The notes below the pieces were generated by a model. That model searched no databases, had not been told where the DNA came from, and saw only the letters and a program-made list of their open reading frames with translations. Below, piece by piece: positions 9,983 through 17,826 of a stretch of DNA of 28,225 bases. The stretch's first letter is position 1. Each line of letters begins with the position of its first letter. Made by a program: the position numbers and the translations under genes. Origin of the DNA: an uncultured bacterium (GTDB lineage: Bacteria > Auribacterota > Erginobacteria > Erginobacterales > Erginobacteraceae); NCBI GenBank assembly GCA_963822585.1, contig CAWGIE010000041.1, positions 1 to 28,225 on the forward strand, in the 5' to 3' direction.

Positions 9983-10109
9983 ATTTATCATTAGGATTTC
10001 ATTCGGGTTTCGTCATTCGGGTTTCGTCATTAGCGTTTCCCGATAAACGATAAAATATTGGAATTAGGAATTTATTCTGCCCTCGCATTGAAATCGGGTT
10101 AAAGCTTAT

Positions 10110-13100
10110 ATGGATCACAGAATCACCACAATACTGCTGATCTTGCTCCTGCTCCTTGTCCCGACCCTGGGATATTTCGGCTACTACGTGGCGATCGGTT
10201 CCGACCAGTACGAGGTGATTCGTTTTGCCGAGGCTCTGAAGAACGGGAGCATCTTTCTCGATCACCCGGTATTCAAACTGATCGAGGACCGGACGGAGCC
10301 CGGCAAGCTCTACTCTATCTATTACGGCGGCTACCTCCTCCGTGACGGGAAAATATTCTGCAAATACGCGATCGGCTATCCCCTGATCCTGGCCGCTTGC
10401 ATGGCTGTCTTCGGTCTTCCCGGCGTCTTTTTCGCCAATTTTTTCATCTACAGCGCCCTCCTGCTCGTTATCTATCTGCTGGGAACGCTCTATTTCTCCC
10501 GCGGGGCCCCCCGTCGGGCCCTTTCCCTGGGGGCGCCCCTGCTTTTCTTCCTGCTGGTCGACGAGGTCTGGCAGTTGAGTGTGACCCCCCACGGGGACGT
10601 GGCTTCGCTCTTCTGCCTGACGGCGGGGATTTATTTTCTGGTTCTCTCTTTCCGGGGAAGGAGAACGCCGGCGATCGGCCCGATTACGGCCGCCGGTTTT
10701 TTTCTGGGTTTTTCCGCCGCCATCCGCACCCCGAATATTTTAATGATGCTTCCCGCCGGTCTGTATTTTCTCGTCCGTCTGGTGAAGGGGGGGCGCTCCT
10801 GGAGGACGGGCATCGCTCTCTTCGCCGCCGTGATCTCGATTGGGGTCGGGCTCGCCCCGGCCCTTTATCAGAACCACGCCATCAGCGGGTCTATCTTTAA
10901 GCCGCCCCAGATCCACGAGATCCACGTGGAGACCGTCACCGCGGCTGCCCCGGAGAACGGAGATAAGATGCCGGTTCGCTTGGGCCGGCGGTTATGGGAG
11001 ATCCTGACCAAAAGGACCTCCGGCTGGGGGATCGGCAATATCCACGCGGCGATCTGGCCGATGATGTTCCATCTTTTGGTAACCTTCGGCCCTCTTTTCG
11101 GCGTGTTTTTCCTTTTCGGGTTGGCCGGGGAGTGGAAAAAGGATGAAACCCGTTTTCTTTTCTTTCCGGCGATCGTCACCTTCCTGGTCTTCTATAGCGG
11201 ATGGGTCCGTCCTCTGGAGAGATATATCATTCCTCTCTATCCCCTGATGACCATCATCATCATGGGAAGCATCGGCCGACTGCTCTCCCCCGGGGTTGCA
11301 CCCGGACCATCCCGCCCTCGATTGCTTCTCCCCCTGAAGATTTTCGCGGCCGTCTGCCTGATCGGGGGGGATTTCCTCTTCCGCTGCCTCAACCCCCGTT
11401 ACCCGCATCGCCTCTACTGGGACGTCCGGCTTCAGTATGCCGCCATTTTATTCACCGCCCTGACCCTTTTCTTTCTCTGGTACCGGCGGAACGTCCGTCG
11501 TCCCCTGCGCCACCCCTTCAGCATCTTGAATCTGGCGGTTTTCGCGGCCGTTATCATCGCCTCGGCGCCGGAATTCTCTTACAAGGAGAAGCTCTTCCAG
11601 GTGTCGGCCGCCCGCCGGCTGCGCCGCGACCTCGATACCGCCTTGACGCCGCCCTCCATCCTCTTCGCGACCAAGTTTCTGAGCCAGAGTCTGGATCTTT
11701 TCACCGGGAGTTATTCCCTGCGCCCGTCCGACCTGGAGCAGTTCATCCCGGATTACGGCGAAGCTTATGATCTCCTGATGAGAGCAGGGTACCATCTCTA
11801 CCTCATCGATAACCGGGGGAAACGTAACGCGGCCGCGTACATTCCGTATATTCAGGATTATTTCACCGTTTCTCCTCTCCTTCGTCTTCCCGCGGACCGG
11901 TATCACCTGGAAGGAAAATTCGGGCGCCCCGTCTGTACCGTTTACTCTATCCGGCGTTGGGCGGAGAATGAGATTACCCTCGATCTGGCGACACCGGCCC
12001 CCGTGGATTATTTGCTGAGCGCGAACTTTTACCGGGCCCTGGATTCCCTCCCGCGGCGGACCCGCCTGGAGGCATTTCTGCCCGGGGATAAACGGGTCGA
12101 GGAAATCGATAACTTCGTCAACTATTTCCCCCTCCCGGCCGCCGCCCATTCCCGTCCCCGCTCGACGGTACGGTTCGTTTCCGATCAGGGGTTGCCGGAG
12201 GATGTTTTTCTCGGTCTCCAGTGGCTGGAAAGGGATTATGTGATCCATATCGGCGCTACCGCCCGGATTCCCGACCGCTTCTTTCTCTCCGAAGAATTTT
12301 ATTATTCCCATGTTTATCATGTCAGCTGGCGCCGCCTGGCTTATCACGGTTTGATCCGGATCCCCACCGTTCCTTCCTCCCGGCGGCTTCTCACGGCCGA
12401 GTTCCGGCTGCAGTCTTCGAAAGAAACCACCGGTGGGGAGACCTGGAAGGTCCTGCTGGACGGCCGGCCGCTTGGCTTTCTCCCGATCCGGCCGATCAAG
12501 GAGTGGCAGACCGTCGGGGTGGAAATCCCGTCGGAAGTAATCAGCCGCGATCTTTCCCGCCTGGAACTCCAGCCGGTGCGAAAACACCCCGACGCCCTCC
12601 TGATCGGCTCGCTTCGGATTGCCGCATGGTTCAGCGAACTCGGCCTTCCGCTGCCGGAAGCAAAGCCGTATTATCTGGCCGCCGGGGTGCGCCTCGCCGG
12701 TCCGGTGAAGGAGGCCTTTCTCGAGTTAGAGGGTGAACGGTTGAAAAAAGTAGAAAGAGACGGGATGGTCCGCGAGATCCTGAGACCGGGGGCGAATGGG
12801 CGCCCGGTCAGCCGCTTGCGTCTGCTCCCCTCCGGCGACGATGCCCTTTTCCACATCAGCGTGCTCCGGCCGCTTTCCTATCCTCTGAAGATAGATATCG
12901 GGACGCCGGAGGCGGAAGATTTCATGGGGGAGGGGTTCTATCCCCCCGAGATGCATCTTGACGAGATCCCTGTCTGCTGGACCGAAGCCCAGGCTGAGGT
13001 CTTTCTCCCCCTCGCCGCAAAGGAGATGAAGGGGACGGTGATCGCGATCGGATATATCGGTGTCCGGCCGCCCTCGGCCCTCCCGGCGACGGTGACGGTA

Positions 13101-13313
13101 AGCCTGGACGGGAAAACGGTGGGAGAGTTCTCGCTGGTGAGCGGCGAGAGGAGAGTTGAGATCTCCCTGCCTCCCTCCCTGATCGAAGAGGGGGTTGTTC
13201 CGCTGGTTCTGACCGTCAAACCCTGGAGACCAGCCGATCATTTGCCGGTCAAGGATTACCGGGAATTGGGTCTGATGCTTGATTACATCGAGATCGGGGC
13301 GAAGAACCCGTGA
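10110..13313 (+). CDS. Large GT-C-like membrane glycosyltransferase, paralog 2
   Basis: GSDQYEVIRFAEAL, CKYAIGYP, IRTPN, LERY, ILFATK, KFGRPVCTVY and C-terminal GFYPPE..WT..DYRELGLMLD; colinear with 5235-8414. Confidence 0.72.
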   Translation: MDHRITTILLILLLLLVPTLGYFGYYVAIGSDQYEVIRFAEALKNGSIFLDHPVFKLIEDRTEPGKLYSIYYGGYLLRDGKIFCKYAIGYPLILAACMAVFGLPGVFFANFFIYSALLLVIYLLGTLYFSRGAPRRALSLGAPLLFFLLVDEVWQLSVTPHGDVASLFCLTAGIYFLVLSFRGRRTPAIGPITAAGFFLGFSAAIRTPNILMMLPAGLYFLVRLVKGGRSWRTGIALFAAVISIGVGLAPALYQNHAISGSIFKPPQIHEIHVETVTAAAPENGDKMPVRLGRRLWEILTKRTSGWGIGNIHAAIWPMMFHLLVTFGPLFGVFFLFGLAGEWKKDETRFLFFPAIVTFLVFYSGWVRPLERYIIPLYPLMTIIIMGSIGRLLSPGVAPGPSRPRLLLPLKIFAAVCLIGGDFLFRCLNPRYPHRLYWDVRLQYAAILFTALTLFFLWYRRNVRRPLRHPFSILNLAVFAAVIIASAPEFSYKEKLFQVSAARRLRRDLDTALTPPSILFATKFLSQSLDLFTGSYSLRPSDLEQFIPDYGEAYDLLMRAGYHLYLIDNRGKRNAAAYIPYIQDYFTVSPLLRLPADRYHLEGKFGRPVCTVYSIRRWAENEITLDLATPAPVDYLLSANFYRALDSLPRRTRLEAFLPGDKRVEEIDNFVNYFPLPAAAHSRPRSTVRFVSDQGLPEDVFLGLQWLERDYVIHIGATARIPDRFFLSEEFYYSHVYHVSWRRLAYHGLIRIPTVPSSRRLLTAEFRLQSSKETTGGETWKVLLDGRPLGFLPIRPIKEWQTVGVEIPSEVISRDLSRLELQPVRKHPDALLIGSLRIAAWFSELGLPLPEAKPYYLAAGVRLAGPVKEAFLELEGERLKKVERDGMVREILRPGANGRPVSRLRLLPSGDDALFHISVLRPLSYPLKIDIGTPEAEDFMGEGFYPPEMHLDEIPVCWTEAQAEVFLPLAAKEMKGTVIAIGYIGVRPPSALPATVTVSLDGKTVGEFSLVSGERRVEISLPPSLIEEGVVPLVLTVKPWRPADHLPVKDYRELGLMLDYIEIGAKNP

Positions 13314-13315
13314 AA

Positions 13316-13342
13316 TAAATTAACGGCTTCGCCGTTAATTTA
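13316..13342. terminator. Perfect 12-bp hairpin just after the stop codon (terminator-like or REP-like)
   Basis: taaattaacggc-ttc-gccgttaattta; no long U-tract follows. Confidence 0.5.
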
Positions 13343-13348
13343 GGAACA

Positions 13349-13400
13349 TCTTATTTTTCCTTTCCCCGATTAAACTTCGGGTCACGGCGGAAAAATAAGA
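13349..13400. repeat. ~50-bp dispersed element with terminal inverted repeats, copy 1
   Basis: tcttatttttcc...ggaaaaataaga; the interior resembles 23311-23362. Confidence 0.75.
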
Positions 13401-13573
13401 ATGAGCAAGCATTGAACCGAAATGGCAGTGGTATTTTAAAGATAATTCATGCCACTGATATACTGATAACCTGATATTCAATTCACGGATAAATTTACCG
13501 TCTGGTAATCCCTGGGCATAGACCCATAAAGGTTAGTGCGAAGCGCTAATTTATTGAACACGAGAGAACAGCC

Positions 13574-16126
13574 ATGTCCGATCGCATAGTCTACAAGATA
13601 ATTCCCTTGGTCCTCTTTGTTTTCATCCTCCTGCTGCTGGCCGGATACGGGCTTCGCGGCTATACCACTCTATTGAACTCCGACAGTTACTCGTACCTGA
13701 TCTACGCACAGAGTCTTGCCGAAGGTTCCCTCTGCGGTCAATACCCCCTCTATGACATCTTTAAAGAATACTGGCCGTCATCCGGCCGGTTGAACCTTCA
13801 AAGCGGTAACCGGCACCTGATCAACGGCCGGATCTGTTACGGGGTCGATATCGGATATCCTCTGCTGTTGGCGCTGGCGATCAAAATCGGCGGCTTCTAT
13901 GCCGTTCATTTCGTCGGGCCTCTTTTTATGATTCTTCTGGGCGTTTTCATTTTTTTGCTTGTCCGGAAGATATTCCCGGATGACTCGGAACGAAATATTC
14001 TGGCAGTAGTCAGTCTCCTGATCGTCCTCCTGATCCCACCCTATCGGGTATTCTTTTCCTCCATTAAAATAATGCGGGATGTGCCCCCCCTGGTCTTTCT
14101 GATCATCAGTCTTTTTCTGCTGCTTTCCGGGAGAGATGGAGACAAAAGCCGTCCCCCGTATATTTTCCTTGCGGTCCTCTTTCTCGGCGGCGCGGTCCTG
14201 ATCAGGATTAACTATGCTATAGCTGGCGGGCCATTCTTTCTCTACCTCCTGTTTTCTCCCGGGAAGGAGAAAACGCGGTGGAAAAGAACCCTGCTCCCGA
14301 TTGGCAGCGCCTTGATGGGAGTACTGGCCTTCATCATGCTGATCCTTATTATGGATGTCGGGATCCACGGGAACATGACCCGCACACTTCAGACGATTAA
14401 TCACTCCCTGCAGCTCGCTTCCGGCTCCCGTACCGGGCTCTTCTCCTTTTATTACTTCCAGAGATCAAGTGTCTGGTATCTTGGCTTTATTCTCGGCAAT
14501 TATTCAATTCCTCTGCTGCTTGTCGCTCTGGTGGGGTTGATATATACTATCAGAAAGCGGGTCATCCTTCTCCTCTGGCTTCCCCTTCTTGTCAGCTTTT
14601 TTTTGGTTTTTGCCTTTTTTAAGTATAAGCAAGATAGATACCTGCTGCCGGTTTATTTTATTCTCAGCTTTTTTATCGGCTGTGGAGTAATTATTATCTT
14701 ACGCAAACTAGCCGAACTGAAGGAAGGGTCGGTTTTGTGGGGAAAGGGGCTCACCGTGCCAAGAGTGTTGATCTTCTTGGCCGGCCTGGTCATGCTGATG
14801 CTCTCTGTGACAGCTTTCGGGGCCCGGGCACTCTTTGTGCCCCCGGTCAGTACGGCCTTTTTCGCCCTCTGCGCCGCTCTCCTATTTCTGCCTTGCCGGA
14901 ATGGAGTTGTGTATTCCGTCTCCCGTTATTTCTCTTCGATCATGATGTTCCTGCTTTTTCTCTTTTTACTGATAAAGGTGATTCCGATGATGCAGGCGCG
15001 GAATTTTCAGCTGCGCGAACTCAGACATCTGCGGGCTGAGATCGAAAAATATACATCTCCGGGATCACTGGTTCTGTCGACGCGATATCTCAAGCAGAAC
15101 ATCGATATGTACATGCATTGTTTCTCTTTGAATTATACTCAGCTCGCCGCTCCCTGGCGGCTGCCCCCGGAGCGGGCTCTGCAGATGGTCATGAACGCGG
15201 GGGTGCCGGTTTTTTACCTTGATAACCGGGGCTACCGGGATGCGGAAGAATATCTGCCGGCTCTGCGGGAAAACTTTCAGGTGACGCCGGTCAAGAGATG
15301 GACCTCGGAAGAACTGGGGATCCGCCGGAAATATTTTTCTGAACGACCCTACCTCCAGCTCTACCGAGTGCTCCCCTGGCAGGAGAAGGAAGTTTCACTC
15401 TCTTTTCCCGCCATTACCGTCCGCGACCGGATTCTCGCCGTAGACCTCCACAGTCTCTGGAAGGACCACGCTCGAAAGGAGGTGCGTGTCTTTCTCAACG
15501 GCTTCCCGATGACGGGAAAGCTTCTGGACGGCGTCAACTTTATCTATCTGGACCGGCAGATGATGAGCGGGGATGAAGCGACTCTCCAGTTTGTCTCCGA
15601 CCGGGGACTTCCCGCGAATATCCCGGTTCTTCTGAGCGCCGACCCGGCAGAAGGGGTCTGGATCGATCTGGGCAAGAATGTCGAACCTCCGGATGCCTTT
15701 TTCCAGGACGGAAGGCTGTTCAATACTTCCCGGAGCGGGCGTTACCGCACCATGGGAGAGAGAGCGGCGCTCAGGATCCCGACCTGTCAAGTCCCCGGCC
15801 GGGTCCCCTATCTCAGGATGAAGGTGCGGAATAACCTGGGGAAGCTGTCTCCGGTGTACCTGAATCTCGATCTTAACCGCCGGTCACTCCCTTCGCTGTT
15901 GATCCCTCCGGATTATCGCTGGGTGACGGTGGAGAGCAGTCTGCCGGCCGGCGATGGCGCGGTGGGCACGTCTTGGATCACCCTCCGGGCTGTACCGGCT
16001 TCCAAGACGCCCGAGGTCGAGGGGAAACAATCCCGGGAAGGAATTCTCTCCATCGACTGGGTGGCCGTCGAATGGGTCCCGGAGGACGGAAATTTGCCGG
16101 CCCGGGCCGCTGATCGAGAATTTTGA
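13574..16126 (+). CDS. Large GT-C-like membrane glycosyltransferase, paralog 3 (shorter C-terminus)
   Basis: NSDSYSYLIYAQSL, IGYPLLLA, IRIN, QDRYLLP, FQL..LR.LR, DNRG and FVSDRGLP shared with paralogs 1/2; about 210 aa shorter. Confidence 0.72.
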   Translation: MSDRIVYKIIPLVLFVFILLLLAGYGLRGYTTLLNSDSYSYLIYAQSLAEGSLCGQYPLYDIFKEYWPSSGRLNLQSGNRHLINGRICYGVDIGYPLLLALAIKIGGFYAVHFVGPLFMILLGVFIFLLVRKIFPDDSERNILAVVSLLIVLLIPPYRVFFSSIKIMRDVPPLVFLIISLFLLLSGRDGDKSRPPYIFLAVLFLGGAVLIRINYAIAGGPFFLYLLFSPGKEKTRWKRTLLPIGSALMGVLAFIMLILIMDVGIHGNMTRTLQTINHSLQLASGSRTGLFSFYYFQRSSVWYLGFILGNYSIPLLLVALVGLIYTIRKRVILLLWLPLLVSFFLVFAFFKYKQDRYLLPVYFILSFFIGCGVIIILRKLAELKEGSVLWGKGLTVPRVLIFLAGLVMLMLSVTAFGARALFVPPVSTAFFALCAALLFLPCRNGVVYSVSRYFSSIMMFLLFLFLLIKVIPMMQARNFQLRELRHLRAEIEKYTSPGSLVLSTRYLKQNIDMYMHCFSLNYTQLAAPWRLPPERALQMVMNAGVPVFYLDNRGYRDAEEYLPALRENFQVTPVKRWTSEELGIRRKYFSERPYLQLYRVLPWQEKEVSLSFPAITVRDRILAVDLHSLWKDHARKEVRVFLNGFPMTGKLLDGVNFIYLDRQMMSGDEATLQFVSDRGLPANIPVLLSADPAEGVWIDLGKNVEPPDAFFQDGRLFNTSRSGRYRTMGERAALRIPTCQVPGRVPYLRMKVRNNLGKLSPVYLNLDLNRRSLPSLLIPPDYRWVTVESSLPAGDGAVGTSWITLRAVPASKTPEVEGKQSREGILSIDWVAVEWVPEDGNLPARAADREF

Positions 16127-16224
16127 TAAAATCGATATACTATGCTGGCCCTATTGTAGTTTGCATTACTACACCCTACTATCTGCTGCACTACATCAAT
16201 CAATCTTAAGTGATTGCAGAAGAA

Positions 16225-16263
16225 GAGATTGCTTCGCCCCGACGAATCGGGACTCGCAATGAC
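16225..16263. repeat. REP-like palindromic half element
   Basis: gagattgcttcg-c-cccga-cgaa-tcggg-a-ctcgcaatgac; attgc/gcaat outer stem with an inner hairpin. Confidence 0.6.
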
Positions 16264-16335
16264 TTCCATACATTATTCAGTGACTCTCACCAAGTCGTAA
16301 AGTATATGCAAACTAAACTATGGCCAGCATAGTAT

Positions 16336-17319
16336 ATGAAGAAATCGGTCCGGATGATTATTCTCGGCCTGCTGATCGTCGGTGCGGCGGCGGCGGCACT
16401 GCTGATCGCGGAACTTCGTTTGCGGTGGTCTGATCCCAATGCCGGATTCCAGGTGGGAAACGAGCTGGGTTGGCTCCGGCGCAGCCGGTCCGATCTTGCC
16501 AAAGTGTTCACGGTCGACCCGGATTTCGGCTTCCGGCCGATCCTGGGGAATGACCTTTATAACGAATTCGGCACGCTGAAAAATTCCTACAGCATCGATC
16601 GTGCCCCGGGCGTGACCCGGCTTCTTTTCATCGGCGATTCGGTAACCTCGCGAGGGAGAATAATCGATGCTCTGAAGGAACTCTACGGTGAAGAGGCATA
16701 TGAATACTGGAATGCCGGTGTTGAGTCGTTCAACACCGCCCAGGAAGCGCGCTATTGCCGCACGTATAATCTGCGGATTAAGCCGGATCATGTGATCCTG
16801 ACCTTCGTCTATAACGATTTCGGGACCACCCCCATCGCTTTTTTCAACCAGGATAATGAACTGGTGGTTTACGCTCTCAACCGGCCCTCCGAACATGTCA
16901 ATTCCTGGCTTTTTCGGCATCTTTATCTCTACCGCTACCTGCTGGGCCGGATCATGGCCGCTCGCCCCGATCCCGCGGAAGATACCCGTGCCATGGGAGT
17001 GAGGGAGGTCCGTAAAAGCCTGAAGGAACTACGGGATATCCTTTTGCGGAAGGGGATCGATTTCACGGTTCTGATCATGCCCAAGCTCAAGCTGCCCGAG
17101 AAATGGCGTGACTATGAACGCGACCAGCAAGAGACCATCATCCGGACCCTGGAAGAGCTGGGGATCCGGTATTTCGATCTCTACGACCCGGCCATGAAGG
17201 CGATGAAAGCAGGCACCCCGGCGGGAGAGAGCCCCCGCGACCACTGGCATCCCGGCCCGGAAATCGCCCGGGAGTTGGCCGGGAGCTTATTCCGGGATGG
17301 ATTACTGAAAAGCAATTAG
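16336..17319 (+). CDS. Membrane-anchored SGNH/GDSL hydrolase (esterase or O-acyltransferase)
   Basis: N-terminal TM; block I FIGDSVT, block II NAGV, block III YND, block V DHWHP. Confidence 0.88.
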   Translation: MKKSVRMIILGLLIVGAAAAALLIAELRLRWSDPNAGFQVGNELGWLRRSRSDLAKVFTVDPDFGFRPILGNDLYNEFGTLKNSYSIDRAPGVTRLLFIGDSVTSRGRIIDALKELYGEEAYEYWNAGVESFNTAQEARYCRTYNLRIKPDHVILTFVYNDFGTTPIAFFNQDNELVVYALNRPSEHVNSWLFRHLYLYRYLLGRIMAARPDPAEDTRAMGVREVRKSLKELRDILLRKGIDFTVLIMPKLKLPEKWRDYERDQQETIIRTLEELGIRYFDLYDPAMKAMKAGTPAGESPRDHWHPGPEIARELAGSLFRDGLLKSN

Positions 17320-17553
17320 GCCCTGTCCGAGTAGTGATCACCACCTCGCCGACTGCCGCTCGCGAGCGAATCAAGACGTACGATCGGCATCATCGCGAGA
17401 TCGAGTCCTCTTCCCGGGCCATCGTAAGGCTTCGGCCTATCCGGGGTTAACCCGTGAAGGCCCTCACCACCGGATAGGGGGGTGTCGCCTTGAACATTAC
17501 CTGGATTCCTTCGGAGATTTTATTGCGGAGAAGGGATATTTTGACCACTCAAA

Positions 17554-17586
17554 AGATGTATAGGAGATGTAAAGGAGATATATAGG
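17554..17586 (+). repeat. 11-mer direct repeat x3
   Basis: agatgtatagg-agatgtaaagg-agatatatagg. Confidence 0.8.
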
Positions 17587-17762
17587 CATATTCGCACGAA
17601 AGGGCCTCTATTCAGGTTGAATCCGGGGTGGTACCCTTGATTATTATTTGTCCCCTTTCCTTGATTCATTCTGTCCGGTATGGTGATTCTATGTTCTTCT
17701 GCCGCTTCTTAAGGACACGCTTTCCCACTTCAAGTTGACCGTCCATTGTCTGAGATATTTTT

Positions 17763-17791
17763 TTGACTTCAGGCTGAAATGGCGTTAGCCT
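17763..17791 (+). promoter_or_regulatory. Possible sigma70 promoter
   Basis: TTGACT-N17-TAGCCT, upstream of IS copy 2. Confidence 0.35.
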
Positions 17792-17826
17792 ATTGCTTCG
17801 GAGTTTAAGAATTCAAGAGTTCAAAT

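Larger units (their letters stand above)
8471..10031. repeat. Bipartite inverted AATGACGAA / TTCGTCATT array, interrupted by REP-like hairpins and by IS copy 1
   Basis: Left units aatgacgaaa (8471), aatgacgaaagaataacgaa (8555), aatgatgaaa (8588). Right units agtcatt (8645), then after the IS (cattcgggtttcgt)x2+catt at 10000-10031. Confidence 0.75.

Noticed and set aside
6147..12587. Long antisense ORFs (6147-7352, 11448-12587) and other shadow ORFs such as 22637-23569, 24434-25297 and 26695-27345
   Set aside because: They lie opposite well-supported genes in GC-rich DNA and have no recognisable motifs.
17320..17480. Structured segment (aggc-ttcg-gcct; cctatccgg...ccggatagg) or a short gene remnant
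   Set aside because: No recognisable RNA family or protein motif; an Rfam or translated search would be needed.
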